Below, in pieces: positions 37,353 to 44,773 of a DNA stretch of 44,773 bases. The stretch comes from Promethearchaeota archaeon (GTDB lineage: Archaea; Asgardarchaeota; Lokiarchaeia; Sigyniarchaeales; SOKP01), in assembly GCA_048937405.1 (NCBI GenBank), contig JBHLNF010000008.1:180825-225597 (forward strand), read 5' to 3'. A model generated the notes under the pieces. It searched no databases and had not been told where the DNA came from. It saw nothing but the letters and a program-made list of their open reading frames with translations. A program made the position numbers and the translations under genes. The stretch's first letter is position 1; the number at the start of each line of letters is the position of its first letter.

Positions 37353-38192
37353 ATGATAATGGCAGTTCAATCCAAAAAAAAAAATCTTTTCTTAGAATTT
37401 GAAGAAAAAAGTAGAAGTATAAAAGAGAAAGAATTAAAGAACTTTATTTATGAATTAGATTCTTCTACTATCTTAAAAGTTAAAGGTCTTACAAAAATTT
37501 ATAAATCAAATGGATATACCGTTGAAGCTCTTAAAAATATAAATCTTAAAATAAAAAAGGGTGAATTCGTTGCGATTATTGGTCCTTCTGGATCAGGAAA
37601 GACAACATTAATTAACCTTCTTGGTGCTTTAGATTTCCCAACTTCTGGTGAAGTAATATACAATATTGATAACAATGGTGAAGGACGTGATATTGCCAAA
37701 ATGAATTCAAAAGAACATAAAGAAATGAGATTGAGGAAAATTGGACTGATATTTCAATTTTATAATCTTTTTCCGATCCTTACTGCATATGAAAATGTTG
37801 AGCTTCCAATGATAATCTCAAAAAAAAATTCTACTGATAGAAAAAAAAGAGTAGAAGAATTACTTACTTTAGTTGGGCTTGAAAAACGAATAAATCATCT
37901 TCCATCTCAACTCTCAGGAGGAGAAATGCAAAGGGTTGCAATTGCTCGTTCTTTAAGTAATAAACCATTGATACTATTTGCTGATGAACCCACAGGGGAA
38001 CTTGATACAGAAACAACAAAACAAATAATTAAAATTTTCCTTGAGTTAAAAAATGTAGGACAATCAATTCTTATGGTAACTCATAACAATAGAATAGCTG
38101 AAACAGCAGATAGGATCATAACATTAAAAGATGGAGAATTTATTCATGAAAGAATAGGTGGAAAACCTTTAGAAGATATCTGGAAAAATTAA
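37353..38192 (+). CDS. ABC ATPase, LolD/MacB/FtsE family
   Basis: GPSGSGKT, FQFYNL, LSGGEMQRVAIAR, ADEPTGELD and VTH motifs. Confidence 0.93.
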   Translation: MIMAVQSKKKNLFLEFEEKSRSIKEKELKNFIYELDSSTILKVKGLTKIYKSNGYTVEALKNINLKIKKGEFVAIIGPSGSGKTTLINLLGALDFPTSGEVIYNIDNNGEGRDIAKMNSKEHKEMRLRKIGLIFQFYNLFPILTAYENVELPMIISKKNSTDRKKRVEELLTLVGLEKRINHLPSQLSGGEMQRVAIARSLSNKPLILFADEPTGELDTETTKQIIKIFLELKNVGQSILMVTHNNRIAETADRIITLKDGEFIHERIGGKPLEDIWKN

Positions 38193-38201
38193 TAAAAGAG
38201 T

Positions 38202-38930
38202 GTGATAAAAATGTTATCAAAACAAAAAACTGATGAATCTTTGGAATCTCCAATTAGTTCTGATACTATTATAGAGATTGTTAATTTAACAAAAGATTAT
38301 ATTATGGGAGATACAATCATTCATGCTTTAAATGGCATCAACTTAAAAATTAATAGAGGTGAGTTTGTTTCAATAATGGGCCCTTCAGGTTCTGGAAAAA
38401 CAACTCTTCTCAATATGATTGGAGCTCTTGATAATCCTACAAGTGGAGAAGTTATTGTAACTGGAATTAATATTGCAAAAATGAATGATAATCAACGAAC
38501 GAACCTTAGACTCAGAAATATTGGATTTATTTTTCAATTTTATAATTTAATCCCTGTACTTTCTGCTTTAGAAAATGTCGAGCTTCCACTAGTTTTTGCT
38601 AGAGAACAAAAAAAAATCCGTCGTAAGAAAGCAGAAAGATTTTTAGAAGTTGTAGGTCTTTCTAATCGATTGTATCATCTCCCCGATGAGCTTTCAGGAG
38701 GAGAACAACAGAGGGTTGCGATTGCACGCTCTTTATGTAATGAACCAGCAATACTTATTGCTGATGAACCTACTGGAGAACTTGATACAAAAATGGGTCG
38801 TGATGTAATTAATCTGTTGAGAAATCTCAATCGAGAATTGAATCAGACGGTTCTAATGGTGACTCACGATCCTGATGTTGGAAAATTAGCAGAACGACAT
38901 TTAAGAATGAAGGATGGAAAAATTATTTAA
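38202..38930 (+). CDS. ABC ATPase, LolD/MacB/FtsE family (second paralog)
   Basis: GPSGSGKT, LSGGEQQRVAIAR, ADEPTGELD and VTHD motifs; start could be ATG 38211. Confidence 0.93.
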   Translation: MIKMLSKQKTDESLESPISSDTIIEIVNLTKDYIMGDTIIHALNGINLKINRGEFVSIMGPSGSGKTTLLNMIGALDNPTSGEVIVTGINIAKMNDNQRTNLRLRNIGFIFQFYNLIPVLSALENVELPLVFAREQKKIRRKKAERFLEVVGLSNRLYHLPDELSGGEQQRVAIARSLCNEPAILIADEPTGELDTKMGRDVINLLRNLNRELNQTVLMVTHDPDVGKLAERHLRMKDGKII

Positions 38931-39171
38931 TTTTTTTTATTTATTTATAACATTAAGGTTAAATTATATCCTTTTAAAAGATTTATTGATTTTAATCGTT
39001 TTATTGAATAGTTTACTAGTTTCCATAAATTGAACTCACTTACTTTTTCTTTTTAGTTACATTTTTAATGCAAGTTAAAAATTGGTCTATAAAATATTCT
39101 TATTTAATAAATAAAATTATTTCATAAGCAAATTTATCTTAAAAAAATTAAAAAAGAGATATGATAAAAAA

Positions 39172-42100
39172 ATGGCAATTTATTTAAAAATCGCATTTCG
39201 AAATATAAAACGACGAAAGTCTCGTTTTATTTTAACTACAATTACATTAATTATTGGGGTTGCGTTATTTGGTGGTATTCTAATTACAAATGATTCACTA
39301 AGTGAGTTTTTTGTCAAAAGTCTTGACGATCAATATGGTAGTGCAGATATTCTTATGAAGAATGATAATTTCAGTAATGGATGGTTTAATTCAACAGAAT
39401 TAAATGACATTACAGAGGAAATTGCACATATTGACTCAATTTCATATAGAATATCCGGATTCAATGTATTTTTAAGTGATACTGATAAAGGTAATCAAAT
39501 TGAAAATAGTACTTATACTTCGGTATATGGTATTGATATTAATGATCTTGGGGAAAAAAAGCTTGGAAAAGAGCCTGAGATTATAGAATCTATAGTTGAA
39601 GGGGGTAGTATTGAGGAATTACTCGATTATTATGATAATGAGACTGGAGATAAAGTAATTGTGATTTCTGAGGCATTAAAATATTACTTAGGTAATATTG
39701 ATGCTGGAGAGAATGTATGGGTTTTACCTAAAGATGGTGAAGAGACTATTGATGCTGATTTAGAGAATACAGGTACATGGATTAAATATACAATTACTGC
39801 TATAGTGAGAGACTATGGTGAAGCAATTGATTTCAATCCAGAGGTAATAGGCAATAAAAGTACTGAAAATTCTAACGAAAAAGTTTTTGTTTCTCAAGGA
39901 CCCTGTATATTTGTTAATATAAATAATGCTCATGAACTTGTTGATGGCATAAGTGGTGCTAATGGTGATTATAACTTAGCAGTTGTAGGTATAGATAACA
40001 TTAGAAATATTGCAGGTGTAAAAAAAGTTCTTGAAGAGAAATATGAGATATCTGGATGGAAGATATGCGATCTTAAAACAAATATACTTGATGAAATAGA
40101 AAGTTCCGTTTCAGTTTTAATAGTAATGTTAATGATGTTCGCTTTAATTGCACTTATTTTATCTATTATATTGATTATGAATATTTTTGATGTTATAAAG
40201 AAAGAACAAGAATATGAAACTGGAATGTATCAAGCTATTGGCGTATCTAAAACAGAATCATTTAAACTATTTTTAAGCCAAGGTTTGATCATAGGATTTG
40301 TTGGTTCAATAATAGGAACTTTTTGTTCTGTATTTTTTTCAGATTTCCTTTTTAATGTATCCTTGGATATGATGACAACTGGATTACCAAATTCTAGTTT
40401 GAATTATGGAATTGTGTTATATCCGAGTACATTAGTAATAACATTCATTGTGGGCTTACTTGCTTCTATAATGGCTTCAATTTATCCAAGTTGGAAGGCA
40501 ACTCGTAAGCCTATAATAGAATGCTTAAATCCATATGCAGAAAATACCAGTAAACAATACAGAACTTCCAAACGAAGAAAAATATATTGGATTATAAGTT
40601 TGTTTCTTTTAATTTCAGGAATTATATTGATGATTATGGGAAGTTTTGGTTCTACGAGGGGAGAAGGACAAATAAAGCCTCCAACAGCCGAAGAATCAGC
40701 ATCAATGATGATGGCATCTACTTTTATTCTACTTGGTTTTATTGCATTAATGGCGTTAATAATAAATCCTCTTACAAGGATAGCTTCTACCATTTTCTTA
40801 CCTTATTTAAGACAAACCAGAGGATTAACTCAGAAAAATATATTAAGAAATCGCAAAAGAACTACGTTAACATTTTCGATGGTTGCATTAACACTCAGTT
40901 TTTTAATAGGAATGACAATTTTATTTGATTCAATGAATGCTGGTTTTGTTTATACCGCTGATGATATATTAGGTTGTGACATACAATTATATACAGGAAA
41001 TACACCCATTGATTTTAAAGAAAACTTAAATGATTACGAAGAAATTGACAATGTTATGGGAGTTAAAAGTATTGATGTATTCATTAAAAATCAAAATGAA
41101 TGGGTAGGTCATGATGATAATATCAGAGCCAATATAATGGATATAGAATCATGGAAAAGATCAATAGATAAAATAAATATCATTGAATCACATGGTTTAT
41201 CTACTCATGAATTAATGGATAAAATAAATGCAGGATATAATACATTTATAACTGAACCACTGGCAAAAGAATTAGATATTCAAATAAATAATATGATAGA
41301 AGTGAATTTTACTTTGGGGAGAGAATTTGCTAATCAAAGTGCAATTTTAGAAGGCAATATTTATAATTCTAAAAATACCTATGTTTTAGAAAATCTCACA
41401 GTTGTAGGTATAGTTAAGAATGCACCAGGATTTTCAAATTCTGGATTTGATGTCACAAGAAAATTATATGATATCTTCATCTCCTGGAATATCTATGAAA
41501 ATATAGCACAAAAAGAATTACCTGGAAATGGTATCGATATTATAATTAGACAACAACCAGAAACGGGAGATGATCAATTCGATAATATGTTTCCTGAGTG
41601 GTTTAATATTTCAGAAGTTATGCCTCTAATAGATGATACTTCAGGAATAAGAGATTATACAACAAGGATGGATTATATAACAGCAACCCAAGTTGGTGCT
41701 ATGGTAGATACGGATATTGCTATTGTAGGTATAAGAAATGATTCTTATGATAAATTATTATCGGATGATCATTTTGGTTCACATACCATACTTGAAAAAG
41801 ATGAGTCATACGTAGGTAATAATATGGAAGAACTATTAAGTACCAATGAAAATGTATGTGTGGTCCATCAATATTACATAGACAGGCAAATTGAAAGAGG
41901 TTATAATGATTTTGGTATTGGCTCAGAAGTGATAATTTATAGTGATCAAATGGTACCCAATAGTTTTACGATTATTGGTATCTTAGAAAATCCATTGTTA
42001 TATAACAGTGAAAGATTTAATTGGTATGCGGGTTATGAAATTGGAATGGATATTTTAGAGACAGAGAAAGCAATTTATATTAATTATGATAAAGCACGGG

Positions 42101-42846
42101 AATTAGTCTTTACTACTCATCAAGGATCTAATGTCTTGAATGATGAAGTAACTTATCTTTTCATTAGATGTGAAGAGCCTACCCAAATACGAGAAATTAG
42201 TGAAAACTTAGATATTAATTTAGGAACTGTTTTAGGAGGGAACTGGAGCATAGTGGATTTTAAGACTCGAACATTAGAATATAGATACAATATTTATCAG
42301 TGGTTTATATGGATAAAGAATGGAGAAAAGGATGAGGATGTTGTCAACAATTTATCAGACTACATCGAATCTGAAGGAATTATTCTCTTTTATAGTCTTA
42401 CAAGGTCATTTATTCTCACATCATTTGGTTCAGTGATGGATTTTATTACTACAGTTATCTCAGGCATTTTGATAGTTGCTATTGTCATTTCAATGATCGG
42501 ATTAACACTTCATTGCCTTGTTTCGACAATGGCTCGTAAAAGAGAAATTGGTATGCTCCGTTCTATAGGATTGACTAAAGGTGGTGTTACTCGAACGATA
42601 TCTGGTGAAACTATTCTCGTTGCAGCATTAGGATCTATTGTTGGAACAATAGGGGGTTTAATTCTAGGAATACTTTTAACAATGTATGGCCCTGGAACGA
42701 CCTTCGTTGCATTTAAACTAGCAATATCTTGGTTAAAAATATGGATAATAATTTTGATTACTCTATTTACTGCGCTTTTAGGCTCAGTGTTTACATCAAG
42801 ATGGGCAGCCAATATCAATATAATCGAAGCAACACGAACAAGATAA
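39172..42846 (+). CDS. FtsX/MacB-like ABC permease (two FtsX repeats, enlarged extracytoplasmic region)
   Basis: AFRNIKRRKSRFILT, ETGMYQAIG, YPSWKA, KNILRNRKRTTLT and REIGMLRSIG motifs. Confidence 0.9.
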   Translation: MAIYLKIAFRNIKRRKSRFILTTITLIIGVALFGGILITNDSLSEFFVKSLDDQYGSADILMKNDNFSNGWFNSTELNDITEEIAHIDSISYRISGFNVFLSDTDKGNQIENSTYTSVYGIDINDLGEKKLGKEPEIIESIVEGGSIEELLDYYDNETGDKVIVISEALKYYLGNIDAGENVWVLPKDGEETIDADLENTGTWIKYTITAIVRDYGEAIDFNPEVIGNKSTENSNEKVFVSQGPCIFVNINNAHELVDGISGANGDYNLAVVGIDNIRNIAGVKKVLEEKYEISGWKICDLKTNILDEIESSVSVLIVMLMMFALIALILSIILIMNIFDVIKKEQEYETGMYQAIGVSKTESFKLFLSQGLIIGFVGSIIGTFCSVFFSDFLFNVSLDMMTTGLPNSSLNYGIVLYPSTLVITFIVGLLASIMASIYPSWKATRKPIIECLNPYAENTSKQYRTSKRRKIYWIISLFLLISGIILMIMGSFGSTRGEGQIKPPTAEESASMMMASTFILLGFIALMALIINPLTRIASTIFLPYLRQTRGLTQKNILRNRKRTTLTFSMVALTLSFLIGMTILFDSMNAGFVYTADDILGCDIQLYTGNTPIDFKENLNDYEEIDNVMGVKSIDVFIKNQNEWVGHDDNIRANIMDIESWKRSIDKINIIESHGLSTHELMDKINAGYNTFITEPLAKELDIQINNMIEVNFTLGREFANQSAILEGNIYNSKNTYVLENLTVVGIVKNAPGFSNSGFDVTRKLYDIFISWNIYENIAQKELPGNGIDIIIRQQPETGDDQFDNMFPEWFNISEVMPLIDDTSGIRDYTTRMDYITATQVGAMVDTDIAIVGIRNDSYDKLLSDDHFGSHTILEKDESYVGNNMEELLSTNENVCVVHQYYIDRQIERGYNDFGIGSEVIIYSDQMVPNSFTIIGILENPLLYNSERFNWYAGYEIGMDILETEKAIYINYDKARELVFTTHQGSNVLNDEVTYLFIRCEEPTQIREISENLDINLGTVLGGNWSIVDFKTRTLEYRYNIYQWFIWIKNGEKDEDVVNNLSDYIESEGIILFYSLTRSFILTSFGSVMDFITTVISGILIVAIVISMIGLTLHCLVSTMARKREIGMLRSIGLTKGGVTRTISGETILVAALGSIVGTIGGLILGILLTMYGPGTTFVAFKLAISWLKIWIIILITLFTALLGSVFTSRWAANINIIEATRTR

Positions 42847-43069
42847 TTCTTTTATTCTTTTTTTCTTTTTCTTATTATTAATAATTTAGGAGTTTCCTAT
42901 CATTAATTAGAATTATAACCAATTTGATCTGGGATAATATACAGAAAAAATACTGACAAAATTCTAATGAAAATGCTTTTATATGTTTAGAATTTGATGG
43001 ATTAAATCTAAAAAAGTTATTAAATAAATAATTTAATTTTAAAAAAAATGGTTTAGTAAAATGAAACCA

Positions 43070-43639
43070 TTATTTTATTTCAATTTTCTTTTTTTCTGGC
43101 TTTATAGGTTCAACTTTTGGGATAGTTACTGTTAAAATTCCTTTATTCAATGAAGCGTCGATTTTATTTTCATCAATATTTTCAGGCATATTAAAGCATC
43201 GATAATAACTTGAAGAACGATATTCTCTCCTGACTAATTCTCCTTCTTTTTCTTCTTTTTTCTCTTCTTTTACTTCTCCTTTAATTTCTAAATTCCCATC
43301 TTGGATTGAAATCTCAATATCACCTTTGTCAAGTCCAGGTAATTCTGCACTAATTTTGAAAGAATCTTCAGTTTCTGTTATATTTGATAAAGGAGTCCTA
43401 AAAATTGGTTCATCTTCTCTTATTATCAATGAAGAAGGTCTTCGACGTCTTACTCCAAATGGCCAGTTCCAATCATCAAGGAAATTTCGCTGCATATCAT
43501 TAAATAAGCGATCCATTTCTTGAAATAAAGAAAATGGACTTTCCCTTCTTACAGTAATCTCTCTTGATTTTTTATCTTCTTTTTTCTTTTCATTATTTTT
43601 TTCCTTTTTTTTAACTTCAATTTTTTCTTTTTCAGACAT
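43070..43639 (-). CDS. hsp20: Small heat-shock protein Hsp20/alpha-crystallin
   Basis: AELPGLDKGDI, LEIKGE, LNKGILTVTIPK and C-terminal IEI motifs; ATG 43639 follows AGGTGG. Confidence 0.93.
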   Translation of the reverse strand: MSEKEKIEVKKKEKNNEKKKEDKKSREITVRRESPFSLFQEMDRLFNDMQRNFLDDWNWPFGVRRRRPSSLIIREDEPIFRTPLSNITETEDSFKISAELPGLDKGDIEISIQDGNLEIKGEVKEEKKEEKEGELVRREYRSSSYYRCFNMPENIDENKIDASLNKGILTVTIPKVEPIKPEKKKIEIK

Positions 43640-43689
43640 TAAATCCACCTCTTATTTCAATTTTTTAATAATATTATATTAAATTTTCA

Positions 43690-43757
43690 TGTCAACTCAT
43701 GGTTGACAATACTTAATTACATAATATCAATTGACATATATAAATCTTTCGTTTTTT
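43690..43757 (-). promoter_or_regulatory. hsp20 promoter: BRE/TATA plus TGTCAAC-N5-GTTGACA inverted repeat
   Basis: Minus strand reads AAAAAACGAAAGA-TTTATATA-TGTCAATTGATA...TGTCAACCATGAGTTGACA; the perfect 7-bp inverted repeat is at 43690-43708. Confidence 0.6.
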
Positions 43758-44021
43758 TCTATCTAAATGCGATTTACTATATTTGAAGTCTTCAATATAT
43801 AGAAGATAATATAAAGAAGTATATATCATAAAAAATATTTTATAAAGTTAATTTATTTAGTCAATTCATAAATTGATAATATTACTCAAAAGGACTATTT
43901 AACTAAAGATAACTTTGTTGGATTTAATAAGATCCTATTACTATCTAAATATAAGAATAAAAATCTCTAATATAGAAAAAAATATTATTAAAAATGCTTA
44001 AAAGCTAATAAGGTAGATAAA

Positions 44022-44773
44022 ATGGAATACAAATTCTTAAAAGTAGAAAAAAAAGGACATATAACAAATATTACCTTAAATAGACCAGAGGTATTGAATG
44101 CAATTCACCCTTATATATCATTAGAACTAGGTAAGGCAATTAATGAATTTGAGGATGAACCAAATGCATGGGTTGCGATTTTAACAGGCGAAGGGGAAAA
44201 AGCGTTTTCTGCTGGTGCTGATCTAAAATGGGCTGCTGCAACTAGTGTTGAAGAACAGAGAACCGCTTATGAACAAGTAAGAAAGCAGAACGCTTCTTTA
44301 ATAAGAAACTTTAGAATTACCAAACCCTTAATCGCCGCAATAAATGGTCTTGCCTATGGAGGAGGTTTTGAGCTTGCATTGAGTTGTGATCTTATGATTG
44401 CTTCTGAACATGCTACTTTTAGCCTACCGGAACCTATAGTAGGGAGAATTCCCTCAGGAGGGGGAATTCATCGATTAGTTAGATATCTTCCTTATCATTT
44501 AGCAATGGAAATTCTACTAACCCGTAAAAGAATAACTGCTCAAGAAGGTTTACAATATGGTTTTGTAAACAAAGTGGTTCCTTTCAATCAGTTAATGGAT
44601 GAAACAGAAAAAACCGCAAATCTTATAATGGAAGGTTCTCCTCTGGCAATCAGGACAATCAAACAAATGGCTATTGAAGGGCTTCAAATGTCTTTAAAAG
44701 AAGCTCTTTTTGCAAGTTTTCCACTTTACACGAAATTTCTCCAGTCTTATGATTTTAGAGAAGGTCCAAAAGC
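44022..44773 (+). CDS. Enoyl-CoA hydratase/crotonase family protein (runs off the window; absent from the ORF track)
   Basis: Manual translation gives MEYKFLKVEKKGHITNITLNRPEVLNA..AFSAGADLK..KPLIAAINGLAYGGGFELALSCD..FSLPE. Confidence 0.92.
   Translation, partial: MEYKFLKVEKKGHITNITLNRPEVLNAIHPYISLELGKAINEFEDEPNAWVAILTGEGEKAFSAGADLKWAAATSVEEQRTAYEQVRKQNASLIRNFRITKPLIAAINGLAYGGGFELALSCDLMIASEHATFSLPEPIVGRIPSGGGIHRLVRYLPYHLAMEILLTRKRITAQEGLQYGFVNKVVPFNQLMDETEKTANLIMEGSPLAIRTIKQMAIEGLQMSLKEALFASFPLYTKFLQSYDFREGPK

Noticed and set aside
2939-43523. The remaining short overlapping ORFs in the track (e.g. 5837-6238, 15527-16003, 40587-40928)
   Set aside because: All overlap well-supported genes in another frame or strand and lack motifs.
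1-44773. CRISPR arrays, tRNA/rRNA genes and diversity-generating retroelement components
   Set aside because: No repeat-spacer periodicity, no GC-rich structural RNA block and no reverse transcriptase were seen. The GRE variable region includes indels and non-adenine changes, unlike DGR mutagenesis.

Overview
Very AT-rich archaeal DNA, most consistent with an Asgard archaeon (Lokiarchaeia). That assignment is an inference from TATA/BRE-like promoters, oligo-T terminators, an IPGY-TM-basic (Loki-CTERM-like) sorting signal and a methanopterin-linked Fae domain. The left arm holds redox and lipid/ester enzymes, then a two-gene operon of an uncharacterised 428-aa protein and a DapA-family aldolase fused to formaldehyde-activating enzyme (Fae). 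Next is a peptide/nickel-type ABC importer whose two ATPases each carry a large N-terminal multi-pass membrane domain. The centre is an 11-kb tandem array of four paralogous glycyl-radical enzymes (GCVEP Cys loop, KVS/TGY Gly loop) served by one convergent radical-SAM activase. Each copy has its own apparently leaderless promoter and terminator, a hypervariable N-terminal segment, and mosaic tracts suggesting gene conversion. A decayed IS200/IS605 tnpB element with both hairpin ends sits between copies 1 and 2, and a second homologous tnpB 3'/reRNA fragment lies in a patch of gene debris near 36.1-36.5 kb. The right arm has UDP-glucose dehydrogenase, an FAD oxidoreductase/CCG Fe-S pair, a MacB/FtsX-type ABC system, Hsp20 with a palindromic operator candidate and a partial crotonase. 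The best candidates for an undescribed system are the diversifying GRE array with its neighbouring unusual importer, and the DapA-Fae operon. No rRNA, tRNA or CRISPR array was seen. All calls are from reading motifs by eye, with no database searches.
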